The notes under the pieces were generated by a model. That model ran no database searches. It saw only the letters and a list, made by a program, of their open reading frames with translations, and had not been told where the DNA came from. Both the position numbers and the translations under genes were made by a program. Source: a virus (lineage: Duplodnaviria > Caudoviricetes). Taken from it: a DNA stretch of 64,000 nucleotides. The stretch covers positions 6,590-70,589 of the IMG/VR virus record IMGVR_UViG_3300033061_000469; one strand, 5' to 3'. Below, one piece after another: positions 55,217 to 64,000 of the stretch; position 1 is the first letter of the stretch, and every line of letters starts with the position of its first letter.

Positions 55217-55811
55217 TATGCGCCGTTGGTTTATATAAATGAGCTAACCATTCAGTTGTTTCTTCCCCTAAAAAGTCTGGGTCAACAAATTTAGGTATAG
55301 AGGTATGCATGTAAAGGGCTGTGTGCCTGACTCCGCTAGTTATTTCTGTTATTCCGTGAATATATTCTGACCCAGCGCTAGGAAAAAACACGGCTGATAA
55401 TTTTTTTGGTTTATACACAAAGTCTTGGTTCGGGAAATATATTTCTCCGCCAGTATACTCAGAATAGTCGTTTAAATAAATAATAGTGCTAAACTCAATA
55501 AAAGGTTCTCTTCCTTGGGCATCTATATGAAGATCTCCTTTTGTTCCAGCAGTCCAATAAGAACCGAATGCTTTATAAACATATATTGGGTGCTTAAATC
55601 CATTAAGTATTTTATGTTGCTCATTAGTTAATTTTCCATATTTAATTAATAAATCCATAACTGTTTTATTATAAGGAAAAGCTGTACCGCCAAATCTTTT
55701 TTTATAGTATTCAGGGTACGGCGCTACAGAAGACGGAGACTTTTGCTCAGATATTAAAGTATTAGCATCTTCTTGGGTAATAAAATTATCTATTACGGTT
55801 ATTCTATGCAT
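55209..55811 (-). CDS. prolyl-4-hydroxylase-like 2OG-Fe(II) oxygenase
   Basis: LHID, YLND...GGE.YFP, Y.HG...I.SG.R.T. Confidence 0.9.
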   Translation of the reverse strand: MHRITVIDNFITQEDANTLISEQKSPSSVAPYPEYYKKRFGGTAFPYNKTVMDLLIKYGKLTNEQHKILNGFKHPIYVYKAFGSYWTAGTKGDLHIDAQGREPFIEFSTIIYLNDYSEYTGGEIYFPNQDFVYKPKKLSAVFFPSAGSEYIHGITEITSGVRHTALYMHTSIPKFVDPDFLGEETTEWLAHLYKPTAHNE

Positions 55812-55814
55812 AAT

Positions 55815-56642
55815 TTAAGGCCTTAGTTCGTGCAACTCATAGTGAAATCTAGTCTCATACCCCTGTCCAACATTAAGTTTAGGTTTTTTGTACGGTACAT
55901 CATCTGTCTCAAAAGGCAATTCTTTCATGTTTTCTATTTTTATACTATGAAAGTCATTAAACATTTTAGTATCAAATTCTCCAGCATTTAACCTTTTAAC
56001 AAACGAATTATGCCCATGATACTTTGAGCAAGGATCGTATTCCATTTTAATTAATGTATTTTTTGTGTAAACGCTACTAGGTAACGATTTAATTTTTATA
56101 TTATTTTTATTAAGCAATAGTGTAAGTATAGGAGCTTCTATATAATCTACCACATCATAGCTGTGGTGAATTAATGGTGTAAGGTTTCTAGGTAAAAATA
56201 TAAAGTCTTTATCTATCCAATAAGAGATAGTTGGTTGAGTGCTATTTTCCCGCACGTCTTCAATAAAAAACTTATTAATACTTAATTTTGGTATGCCCGC
56301 TCCAGATAAAACAGTATCGTTATCTATAGCTTCTATGCATTTATCGTCCCAACCATCTGTTAATATCACGTTGTCTGAGATAGATAAAAAGTAGTCAAAC
56401 TCTCCATACAGTAAACGATTTCTAAAATGAGCGCGATGATGCCTATTTTCCCAGTTTATATGGTAATAGGTAACGTTACTTACATCACGTTTTTTTGAAT
56501 AACGAGTAAAACGCCCAGCATTAACTTTATCGTATATGTATAGACTTATCTCATTATTGGCTTTGTCTAAAACAGAGTCACAAAAATCAAATAACTTTTT
56601 ATTTTTATACGACTGGACAAATACTTTTATTTTTTTAGACAA
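55815..56642 (-). CDS. GT-A glycosyltransferase resembling GT60 (Skp1 hydroxyproline GlcNAc-transferase) family
   Basis: IKVFVQSYK...A..R.....DYFLSISDN..L..GWD..CI resembles IFV.IASYR...YFLQIDSH.RF...WD..LI. TTG start at 56642. Confidence 0.55.
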   Translation of the reverse strand: MSKKIKVFVQSYKNKKLFDFCDSVLDKANNEISLYIYDKVNAGRFTRYSKKRDVSNVTYYHINWENRHHRAHFRNRLLYGEFDYFLSISDNVILTDGWDDKCIEAIDNDTVLSGAGIPKLSINKFFIEDVRENSTQPTISYWIDKDFIFLPRNLTPLIHHSYDVVDYIEAPILTLLLNKNNIKIKSLPSSVYTKNTLIKMEYDPCSKYHGHNSFVKRLNAGEFDTKMFNDFHSIKIENMKELPFETDDVPYKKPKLNVGQGYETRFHYELHELRP

Positions 56643-57333
56643 GCGGAAACCAGTGTTGCTCAGTGGCTTTGCCTGCAATAAGAGAGCCTAGTGGGGCTAT
56701 GTCGTACGCCAATGTAATTCTTGGTCCATCCCAATTCCAATTTGCCATAGCGTGCTCATGCCCCATTTCAGAGACAATTAAAACGTTATCTACGTTATGG
56801 TTTTCAATCTCTGTTGTAGTTTTTGCGTTAAAGTCATTTATTTTGTACCACGTAATTGAAGGCTCAGCCTTTATGCAGTAGTATCCGTGAAAATTAGGTG
56901 CCCATGGTCTACCGTGATCATGCCAATCTAATTTTCCGTCTTCTCCTCTGTTATTATTTATGTTAAACCAGCCTTGAATCATGTATTGCTGTGCGTCAAA
57001 ATCTACTCCATAATATTCGCATGCATCTAATACACCTTGTTTAACTCCTTTTAGTACTTTATGAATACCTTTGTGATGGAATTGAAATACGTTGTATTCT
57101 CTCCACTTAATGGTAGTTATACTATTGCTTTCTACAAACTTTTCATCATCTCGAAGAGGAATGTTAGAGATTTGTTTATGTTTTTCTTGTAAAAACGCAG
57201 CTAAATCTTCTAAATTATTGTCTAGCGTAACTCTAAAAAATTTATGAGGTTTGTTATACGCAGGAACTACCTTTTGGTAGGGATTTCTACTTAAATTTTC
57301 TAATTTACTTACTTTTTGCATATTGTTTTCCAT
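56635..57333 (-). CDS. 2OG-Fe(II) oxygenase-like cupin
   Basis: WFNIN, WHDH, GYYC, EH.M and RITLAYD. SD AAGGAG before 57333. Confidence 0.7.
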   Translation of the reverse strand: MENNMQKVSKLENLSRNPYQKVVPAYNKPHKFFRVTLDNNLEDLAAFLQEKHKQISNIPLRDDEKFVESNSITTIKWREYNVFQFHHKGIHKVLKGVKQGVLDACEYYGVDFDAQQYMIQGWFNINNNRGEDGKLDWHDHGRPWAPNFHGYYCIKAEPSITWYKINDFNAKTTTEIENHNVDNVLIVSEMGHEHAMANWNWDGPRITLAYDIAPLGSLIAGKATEQHWFPLV

Positions 57334-57343
57334 ACTTTTCTCC

Positions 57344-58096
57344 TTAGTATTTTTTCTTTTTCCAAATATAATCACGGTAGTAATGAGAAATTTTAATTCT
57401 TCTTTTTTCTTCTTTTATCTGTTCTTGCTCTAACGCTTCTGGGGAGGTATCGTAGGTAAGTTTCCAGTCATCTCTTTTTATCGGCAACATTTGAAATAAT
57501 GGGGTTCCTTTTTCTATAGTGCCTATAAAGTTTCTTTTTAGATAAAAGGGAATAAATCCAGCTAATCCCCAAACATCAGAATCTACTATAGCCGCAGGAA
57601 CATAAAATGGCAATTCAGGCCTATTAAATGGGTGGCATATTAAAGTAGAATACCCCTCAGGAGTTAAATAGTAAGCTTGCATTCTCCAGCCAAACTGTAT
57701 TGGGTGGCAGTGTTCGGGAACGGAATTATCAATTACACCACGCATATCTAATAAATTAGATACGGTGTTCCATTTTAAAATTGGTGCGCCTTTTTCACTA
57801 AGGTCAACGGTTACGTCTTCTGGAAGCCTATAAATGTATCCAGACGTCATTGCGTCAAGAAAAGGCCCACATAGTTTTGTAGAGGTATCTGTTCCGTCGC
57901 TTCCTTTATTATTAATAGGCCTAATTTCTTTTAAAGAGTGTTTAGTGCCTTTATCATAGGGCGCCAAATCTTTATACCATTGTGGGAGAGCGTTAACCGC
58001 AGGAACAATATCAGAGTATTTAGAGATTTTTTCAACGTCTGTTTCGCCAACTAAACTATCTCTAGTTGGTATTAACCTAAATTCGTTGGTCATCAT
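57344..58096 (-). CDS. conserved phage protein (P.WY/F..K.C...D.M..GY...TP.GYS...D.D...KGTP..Q..P.KR family), paralog A
   Basis: Motif set shared with 58742..59464. Confidence 0.75.
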   Translation of the reverse strand: MMTNEFRLIPTRDSLVGETDVEKISKYSDIVPAVNALPQWYKDLAPYDKGTKHSLKEIRPINNKGSDGTDTSTKLCGPFLDAMTSGYIYRLPEDVTVDLSEKGAPILKWNTVSNLLDMRGVIDNSVPEHCHPIQFGWRMQAYYLTPEGYSTLICHPFNRPELPFYVPAAIVDSDVWGLAGFIPFYLKRNFIGTIEKGTPLFQMLPIKRDDWKLTYDTSPEALEQEQIKEEKRRIKISHYYRDYIWKKKKY

Positions 58097-58745
58097 ACTC
58101 CTTAATTAGTAGTTCAATTGTTTCTGGGTCTTCTACATCAAAAGAATACATTTCTGTGCCTATCTCAATAATACCATATTCGTCATCTCTCATGTGATCT
58201 CCTTTAATTTTAAAAGAAAAATGAACAAATTCACAATCAATAAATTCGTCATTTAAGTCTTTTTTCTTAAAATTTATTTCTTTTGTATAGACAGTAAACG
58301 CGGAACTGTTGGAATAGGCCTTTACCGTAATGTCTTTGTTTAAAATCCAAGGAGTATAAAATCTAAACATATAATTAAAGCAATCATCTTCAATGTCTGC
58401 TTTAAAGCTAGAAGGGTAAAAGTGACGTTGCATTGTTCGCTCTACTGGATATATTATTTTTTTATTGTTTTCTAGCCCTAAGAAAAACTCAGAATGGGTT
58501 CTTTGTGTTAATGTTGCAACATTTCCATTAATTTTTAAATCTGGTTTGTTACCAAAGTGTATTACATAAGGATTTACTGGAATTAATAATTTATCTTCGT
58601 ACCCGTACGCTTTAATTTTATTAAATTTTCTCCATCCTTCTCGAACTCGTTGGTCAACAACTATTTTATAAAAAGGGTCATCATGATATGAAAGCCAAGC
58701 TGCTGATCCAGCTAAGGTTCCAACAGTTAATTTACTTAGGCTCAT
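58077..58745 (-). CDS. hypothetical protein
   Basis: 222 aa, coupled to neighbours. Confidence 0.7.
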   Translation of the reverse strand: MSLSKLTVGTLAGSAAWLSYHDDPFYKIVVDQRVREGWRKFNKIKAYGYEDKLLIPVNPYVIHFGNKPDLKINGNVATLTQRTHSEFFLGLENNKKIIYPVERTMQRHFYPSSFKADIEDDCFNYMFRFYTPWILNKDITVKAYSNSSAFTVYTKEINFKKKDLNDEFIDCEFVHFSFKIKGDHMRDDEYGIIEIGTEMYSFDVEDPETIELLIKEYDDQRI

Positions 58746-59464
58746 TTATATACTTTATTAGATCTAAACATTCTTTTATACCCGCCCATAAATACTGTGC
58801 TTAATTTATATCGTTGAAAGTCTAACAAATCATGAACAACAACATCCCTAGCAATTTCTGCTTCATAGTCTTCTCTTTTATATGGAATTACCTGCACTAA
58901 TGGGGTTCCCTTTTTAATTTCCCCTTTAAACCCTTTTTTAACATAAAAAGAAAATAGCCCATCACTTAAAAAAGTATCAGTATCAATTATTCCAGGAACT
59001 AAAGTAACACCTGAAAGGTCAGAAAATTGTGGTTGTATAAATATAGAACTATAACCTTTTTGGGTTTGTACTAACCAGATTAAGTTTAATCGTAAAAGGT
59101 CTTTGTGATACATGTCGTCAATTGGAAGGTTACTATATTGCTCTATGGCATGAACTCCAGTTAATCTATTTTTAGCTAAAAAGCTAGAAAACTCAGTAAC
59201 TATTTCATCACCAGTTGCATCAATATAAATGTCACAAGGAACTTTTAGGACATAACCTGCTGTCATTAAATCAAAAACTGCAGGACATTTTTTTATAGTT
59301 GTGTGCTTTTTTCCAAATTGAGGCGTAGAATCATTCCCACGATAACTATGTTGTTTTTTAAACCATTCAGGTATATTTTTTGATATTGCCTCTGGCTCTG
59401 GGAATGCGTCTTTTATTTTTGGAAAAGAGGACAAGAACTTTATTTTTACAGACTTTTTTTTCAT
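58742..59464 (-). CDS. conserved phage protein, paralog B of 57344..58096
   Basis: PEWFKK..TIKKCPAVFDLMTAGY..TQKGYS..GIIDTD..KKGTPLVQVIPYKRE. Confidence 0.75.
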   Translation of the reverse strand: MKKKSVKIKFLSSFPKIKDAFPEPEAISKNIPEWFKKQHSYRGNDSTPQFGKKHTTIKKCPAVFDLMTAGYVLKVPCDIYIDATGDEIVTEFSSFLAKNRLTGVHAIEQYSNLPIDDMYHKDLLRLNLIWLVQTQKGYSSIFIQPQFSDLSGVTLVPGIIDTDTFLSDGLFSFYVKKGFKGEIKKGTPLVQVIPYKREDYEAEIARDVVVHDLLDFQRYKLSTVFMGGYKRMFRSNKVYK

Positions 59465-59470
59465 ATGTAA

Positions 59471-59499
59471 AGTTTACCTTTTTACGTTTAATTGGTCAA
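59471..59499 (-). promoter_or_regulatory. sigmaA-type promoter, leaderless transcript
   Basis: TTGACC-N17-TAAACT-N6-ATG(59464). Confidence 0.85.
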
Positions 59500-59509
59500 A
59501 CTTTTGTTT

Positions 59510-61516
59510 TTACTTATCTCCGTCTGGGTTAGAGTATGTCCATCTATCAAATACAAGAGTGCTTCCCATAAAGAAGTTTTTATGAGGCTCACATATAATT
59601 GAGTACGAGCTAACTTCATCTGGAAGAATAACATCTTCTATTAGCTCAATTGGAACAAATTCTTTCTTTTCATAAGAAAATGTTAAATATGTACTATCTA
59701 AATTTCTAGCTTTTTCAAAAAGAACTGTATCTTCCTTTTTAACTAGTACTCTATGAAATTCAGTAAGAATTTGACCATTAATGTTAATGAAGTGTGTGGC
59801 TGGATTAATCAAAATTTCTTTGATTGTAGTCTCAACAATTGGGTAAGACTTAATCTTGTCTTCAGTAGAAAACCAATCTTTCCAATTAGAGTCGTCACCT
59901 GTTAGTTTATCCGCGCCTTCAATATCTAATGCTAAAAGTTTATCTCCTACTTTTAACTCTCCAACTTTAGCAAGTCCGTTTTCTACAGTTAATAGCTCAG
60001 TTGACCAACCAAGAGACCAATCACCAAAATCAAAGAAACCAAAGAAATCATAAAATCCAAATGGAGAGAATGAAAAGCTTTGAGTTGTTACGCTACTGCT
60101 TAAGTCTGAATATGTACCAGTACCATTAGCATTAACGGCTGCAACAGAGTATTGGTGGTTTGTTCCGCCAGGCTCTGAGCTATCGTAAGTAGTTACATTT
60201 CCTACGTTAATTACCCCATTATCATATGAATCTTTTAACAAATAAGCAGTAATGGATGATCCGCCGTTATTTGGGGCGCTCCAAGAAATTCTATTCATTT
60301 CATTGTCAGGTGATGAGTTACTTGGTGTTCCTACTTTTGCAGGAACAGAGGATGTAGTAACGGTATTAGAAGTATTTGAATCTAGTGACTGCCCTCCCAC
60401 ATTATTTGCTCTTACATAAAAATTTGTACTTCCTTGTAAACCAGTAAAACGTAACGGAGATGATGAACCCGTAACGCTAGTGCTTTGACTGCTATAGGCT
60501 GTATAATTAACTGGTGCTGGTCCATCAGCTGGAACAGCAAATGATACATCAATAGCAGTACTTCCATAAGCTACGCCACTGCCAGATGTTATAACTGTTG
60601 CAGTTACGCTAGTTGGTGCATCTGGTTTTACTTGAGAAATACTAAATGTTCTATCTGTTCTAGCGGACTCATGTACCTGTGCGCGTATTGTAAATCCATA
60701 AGGTGATCCATTAGATGTAATAGGAGTTCCCGAAATAGATCCATTATCTTTATTAAGGGTTAACCCCGTTGGTAAAGACCCAGAAACTATTGAATATTGA
60801 AGGGTGCCAGTGCTGCTGCTATCTGTTGCAGATACGCTTACGCCGTAAGATACAGTCCTTACCATATTATCAAGCGCTCCAGCTGAAGTAACCCATGTTG
60901 GATTTGCAGCAGTTGTTACTGTTGTAATATTAAAGTTATTTTTGCTAGGTGAGTTTACCCCAGGGTTTTGTACAGTCATTGTGTATGGTGCATTGATTGG
61001 ACTAAATAAGTCTGGTCTAACAACAACAATTTCAGTAGCAGAGTTTCTTGTTACAGATTTAGCATTGTATGTTGTGTTGTTTTTACCAGTAAATGTAACG
61101 GTAACATCTCCAGCAAAATTTAAACCTGTTACAGTAGTTGAACTATTAATAGATGGCAAAGAGTAAGTGCTTAAAGATGAAATTACAGGGCCAGCTTTTA
61201 CTTCACTGGTTTCTCCTGTAGATGTGTATGTTGCTTTATAAGCAAAATTAATAATGTCATCGATTGTTCCACCAAGGGTAACAACCTTGTTAAAAGGCTT
61301 AGATGCGGTAATTGTTAATGAGTTGCTTGAGTATCCAGCTAAAGATCCGTCTGAGGCAATTAAGTAGATATCAAGTGTTAAATCACTAAGACGAGAGGTT
61401 AAAAGATAATCACCAGCTAAATAATTTACTGTAGCGTCATATGAGCTAAAGGTTGAAGAGATATGAACATTAAAATCAGCTTGTGCTACACCTTTACTAA
61501 AATTACTAATAGCCAT
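59510..61516 (-). CDS. virion fibre/decoration protein: IPT + putative Ig + 2x FN3 + C-terminal Hint domain
   Basis: LP.GLTL....G.ISGTP (Ig), PDAPT.V.A and W.AP..GGS.IT.Y (FN3), then SL...V..LKVGD..TEFH..YSI.CEP..NFF (Hint). Confidence 0.8.
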   Translation of the reverse strand: MAISNFSKGVAQADFNVHISSTFSSYDATVNYLAGDYLLTSRLSDLTLDIYLIASDGSLAGYSSNSLTITASKPFNKVVTLGGTIDDIINFAYKATYTSTGETSEVKAGPVISSLSTYSLPSINSSTTVTGLNFAGDVTVTFTGKNNTTYNAKSVTRNSATEIVVVRPDLFSPINAPYTMTVQNPGVNSPSKNNFNITTVTTAANPTWVTSAGALDNMVRTVSYGVSVSATDSSSTGTLQYSIVSGSLPTGLTLNKDNGSISGTPITSNGSPYGFTIRAQVHESARTDRTFSISQVKPDAPTSVTATVITSGSGVAYGSTAIDVSFAVPADGPAPVNYTAYSSQSTSVTGSSSPLRFTGLQGSTNFYVRANNVGGQSLDSNTSNTVTTSSVPAKVGTPSNSSPDNEMNRISWSAPNNGGSSITAYLLKDSYDNGVINVGNVTTYDSSEPGGTNHQYSVAAVNANGTGTYSDLSSSVTTQSFSFSPFGFYDFFGFFDFGDWSLGWSTELLTVENGLAKVGELKVGDKLLALDIEGADKLTGDDSNWKDWFSTEDKIKSYPIVETTIKEILINPATHFININGQILTEFHRVLVKKEDTVLFEKARNLDSTYLTFSYEKKEFVPIELIEDVILPDEVSSYSIICEPHKNFFMGSTLVFDRWTYSNPDGDK

Positions 61517-61842
61517 TAGCTTAACTCCGTTCCAAATAAATTAAATGATAATCCCTGGGCACTAGCATACACTGTAACCACATCAGTTGTAGCTAATGTT
61601 GCGCCAATTGTAATAAATGTAGTATCTGATGGTAAAACAGACGCATCGTAGACAACATAATGCTTTGACGCTAATGTTTCACCAGCTGGTCGCACAGCAA
61701 CTCTACAGGTTAAGGCTCCTGCGGTAGTGTTACAAACAGTAAGAGTTGAAACTACTGTTGAAGTACTTGCTGGTACTGTATATAAAGTTGTAGCAGTAGC
61801 AGCTGCTGGGTAAGATTGCCCAAGAACTTTATACGTTGCCAT
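61516..61842 (-). CDS. small virion structural protein
   Basis: KVLGQ..P.A....LYTVP......ST..VCN pattern, among fibre genes. Confidence 0.7.
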   Translation of the reverse strand: MATYKVLGQSYPAAATATTLYTVPASTSTVVSTLTVCNTTAGALTCRVAVRPAGETLASKHYVVYDASVLPSDTTFITIGATLATTDVVTVYASAQGLSFNLFGTELS

Positions 61843-61874
61843 ACTTTTCCCTCTTTCTGTTGTAAGTTATATTA

Positions 61875-63449
61875 CTATAAGCCACTTAGTAAAAATGGAT
61901 GAAATGATTCTCCACCACTAGTGACCGAGCCCCAAGATGGTGTTGTTCCATTAGTTGTTAAATATTTACCAGAATTTCCTGTTTGTGTTGGATAAGAGAC
62001 ACCTTGAGCGCCAGTAACACCTTGAGAACCTGTAGCTCCTTGCGTTCCTGTTGTGCCTTGTGCTCCCGTAGTACCTTGAGTACCAGCTCCAGTTGCACCT
62101 TGTGTTCCCTGAGTACCTGTAGCACCCTGTGTACCAGTCGTACCAGTTGTACCTTGAGTACCAGCTCCAGTTGTGCCTTGTGTTCCCTGAGTACCCTGGG
62201 TTCCTGTAGTTCCTTGAGCACCAGTAGAACCTTGAGCACCTGTATTACCAGTTGTACCTTGTGTTCCTGTAGAACCCGTAGAACCTTGAGTACCAGTGTT
62301 TCCTTGAGCACCCTGAGCACCAGTAGTACCTTGCGCTCCAGTTGTTCCCTGCGCTCCAGTTGTTCCCTGCGCTCCAGTTGTACCTTGAGCCCCGTTAGTT
62401 CCCTGAGCTCCAGTAGTTCCCTGAGCGCCCGTAGTGCCTTGAATGCCCTGGTCACCCTTATCGCCAACTCTTGCAAATGTTAAGTTAGCACTCGATGCGT
62501 TAGAAAGCGATAGAGAACCAGAAACATAAGCAACTGGAACTGTAAAATAAGCACCAGAATTGTCATTATGAAGCCCAATAATTTGAAAGAATGCATAATT
62601 TAGTGCGTTATTAAAGTCTGTTATTTTAATTGTGCCCTTAATAGCAGATGTTGAATCATCAATAGTCTGTAAGAACGAAGTAATGTCTATTGAGTTTGCA
62701 TCAATATTATCAATGTAAAGTTGCGTTACAGATGAAAATGTCGTGTTGTTAAATTTAAAGTTACCCGAAGCAGGGTCTGTATTTGAAGTGTTAGTAAGGT
62801 ATGTATATTTGAAAGTTTCTCCACCAAATGTGCCTGTAGCACCTTGTGTACCAATTGTTCCCTGTGAACCAATAGTACCTTGAGCGCCTGTAGTTCCCTG
62901 AGCACCTGTTGTTCCTTGTGCTCCAGTTGTTCCTTGGCTTCCTGTTATACCTTGTGGGCTTTGAATACCTTGTGTGCCTTGTGTGCCTTGTGTTCCCTGT
63001 GCACCAGTATTTCCCTGTGTGCCAGTTGCGCCTTGAGTTCCTGTGGTTCCTTGACGGCCCTGTACACCTTGTGTACCTTGCGCACCAGTTGTACCTTGAA
63101 CTGTTGGTACGTTTACATCAATAGTTTTAGCGCCAGAGTTATAGGTAAAAGTAATGTTTGTATGAGTGCCACTGTTTAATGCGGTTGCTACTCGTGAGTT
63201 AGTAAAGTAAAGGTTACTTGTTCCCTCAGATAAATCGTCTGTTGTGTCTAATGCGCTATTTGCAATTGCTTGAGAAACACCGTATGAGTCAATAAAATAC
63301 TGTAGGGTAGACCAGTGGGTAGTCCCACCAACACCTATTTTAAACTTCCCTGTGTCAGTTTCAAACCCAATTTCACCCTCAGAAAGAATAGGATTAGCAG
63401 AGGTCCACTGAGCCGCCGTACCGCGGCGTAATTGAATTTTAGTTGCCAC
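61875..63449 (-). CDS. tail fibre with Mtd_N-like N-terminus and collagen-like Gly-X-Y repeats
   Basis: [27 protein letters not shown], plus two G-X-Y blocks. Confidence 0.9.
   Translation of the reverse strand: MATKIQLRRGTAAQWTSANPILSEGEIGFETDTGKFKIGVGGTTHWSTLQYFIDSYGVSQAIANSALDTTDDLSEGTSNLYFTNSRVATALNSGTHTNITFTYNSGAKTIDVNVPTVQGTTGAQGTQGVQGRQGTTGTQGATGTQGNTGAQGTQGTQGTQGIQSPQGITGSQGTTGAQGTTGAQGTTGAQGTIGSQGTIGTQGATGTFGGETFKYTYLTNTSNTDPASGNFKFNNTTFSSVTQLYIDNIDANSIDITSFLQTIDDSTSAIKGTIKITDFNNALNYAFFQIIGLHNDNSGAYFTVPVAYVSGSLSLSNASSANLTFARVGDKGDQGIQGTTGAQGTTGAQGTNGAQGTTGAQGTTGAQGTTGAQGTTGAQGAQGNTGTQGSTGSTGTQGTTGNTGAQGSTGAQGTTGTQGTQGTQGTTGAGTQGTTGTTGTQGATGTQGTQGATGAGTQGTTGAQGTTGTQGATGSQGVTGAQGVSYPTQTGNSGKYLTTNGTTPSWGSVTSGGESFHPFLLSGL
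62001..62465 (-). repeat. collagen-like G-X-Y repeat block 2 (9/18-nt tandem repeats)
   Basis: GTT-GAQ-GTQ triplets, including perfect 18-nt copies GTTGTTCCCTGCGCTCCA. Confidence 0.9.
62832..63096 (-). repeat. collagen-like G-X-Y repeat block 1
   Basis: GTT/GAQ/GTQ triplets with one Gly-to-Ser break (GIQ-SPQ-GIT). Confidence 0.9.
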
Positions 63450-63664
63450 TATGGAGTACCTCCATTTGCTAAATTAAGACCTACATAATTAGAAGTAGGT
63501 GCTCCTCCGTCTAAATCAGACACAGATGCTGGTACCCACTCAGACCCAGTATAAACGTATACAGATGTCTCTTGGGTATTAAAGTATACATCGCCAGCGT
63601 ACCGACCAGTAGGATTTGTTCCACTAGCCAGTACGTTAACTGGGACTAATGCTTTTTTACTCAT
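63449..63664 (-). CDS. small virion-associated protein
   Basis: GDVYFNT....YVY.G..W fibre-type motif, and LDGG.P. Confidence 0.7.
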   Translation of the reverse strand: MSKKALVPVNVLASGTNPTGRYAGDVYFNTQETSVYVYTGSEWVPASVSDLDGGAPTSNYVGLNLANGGTP

Positions 63665-63667
63665 GTG

Positions 63668-64000
63668 TTATGCGTGGACTACTACTCGGTATGTCTCTCC
63701 TAAGGCAGGAGCTACTGCGAACCCAATAGTCACTGTGTTAGTAGTAATGTACGTTACATCAGTAACAACTTCCATCGCGCTAGAAATTTCATAGACAGTC
63801 ACTTGAATGTCTGTAGTTCCTAAGTTGTGGCTAAGAGTAAACTCTGTAGCAGAGTATGGAGATGCTGGTGTGATAGTAGTTGCGTACTTTCGTACTACTA
63901 CTGCAGTATCAATTGCTACATCATCAGCATTTACGGTAATACCAGTTCCAGCACCAACTGCAAATGTTGTTCCAGTTAGAGTAAGACCTGCGCCACCTGC
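63668..64000 (-). CDS. tail-fibre-like structural protein, C-terminal part (5' truncated; not in ORF track)
   Basis: Open frame from the window end: AGGAGLTLTGTTFAVGAGTGITV...HNLGT.D..V...YRVVVHA*. Confidence 0.85.
   Translation of the reverse strand, partial: AGGAGLTLTGTTFAVGAGTGITVNADDVAIDTAVVVRKYATTITPASPYSATEFTLSHNLGTTDIQVTVYEISSAMEVVTDVTYITTNTVTIGFAVAPALGETYRVVVHA

Noticed and set aside
62001-63096. CRISPR array or the long alternative-frame ORFs (e.g. 61958-62476, 61983-62483)
   Set aside because: The repeats are codon-periodic G-X-Y coding repeats without spacers, and the shadow ORFs are by-products.
483-63179. Numerous antisense or nested ORFs in the supplied track (e.g. 483-839, 15277-15582, 23935-24327, 40914-41207, 45847-46746)
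   Set aside because: They lie wholly opposite or inside well-supported genes and have no motifs or RBS.
61875-63449. Diversity-generating retroelement (Mtd_N domain)
   Set aside because: No reverse transcriptase, and no TR/VR pair differing at adenines in the window.
1-64000. tRNA, rRNA, integrase, transposase, capsid, portal or terminase genes
   Set aside because: Intergenic spaces are short and no cloverleaf or matching protein motifs were found. Head and packaging genes probably lie outside the window.

Overview
This window is a 64 kb segment of a large, low-GC (roughly mid/high-30s % by eye) myovirus-type dsDNA phage genome. The host is almost certainly an actinobacterium (WhiB, an MSMEG_6728-family glycosylase, many leaderless promoters), and the low GC would fit freshwater actinobacteria. 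Layout: (1) 1-5.8 kb, + strand: small early-type genes (vWA protein, DUF1281/YubB-like, pyrimidine-dimer glycosylase-like, 2OG-Fe(II) oxygenase). (2) 5.9-35.4 kb, - strand: nucleotide metabolism, recombination and replication (class II RNR NrdJ, TGT-like/HAD-like/nucleotidyltransferase trio, tryptophan-halogenase family enzyme, metallophosphoesterase, SpoVS, RuvC-like, dNMP kinase, Cas4-like nuclease, WhiB, RecA, family A DNA polymerase, SSB, SNF2 helicase, primase, DnaB, DnaC-like loader, initiator). (3) 35.4-51.6 kb, - strand: contractile tail module (baseplate, tape measure, chaperones, tube, sheath, neck) and a run of tiny basic Cys-rich genes. (4) 51.6-59.5 kb: a 10-gene tailoring-enzyme cluster. 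(5) 59.5-64 kb: fibre genes (Ig/FN3 + Hint domain; Mtd_N + collagen-like). I saw no capsid, portal, terminase, integrase, tRNA, rRNA or CRISPR array. The strongest leads are: the tailoring cluster next to the fibre genes (P4H-like oxygenases plus a GT60-like glycosyltransferase); a candidate +1 UUU-CGU frameshift in the tail chaperone; a TGT-like/HAD-like/NTase module; a 4 kb early segment almost free of several 4-bp palindromes; an AUU start codon; and two promoter-proximal hairpins that would hide the Shine-Dalgarno only in read-through transcripts. All family assignments come from motifs recognised by eye, with no database search.
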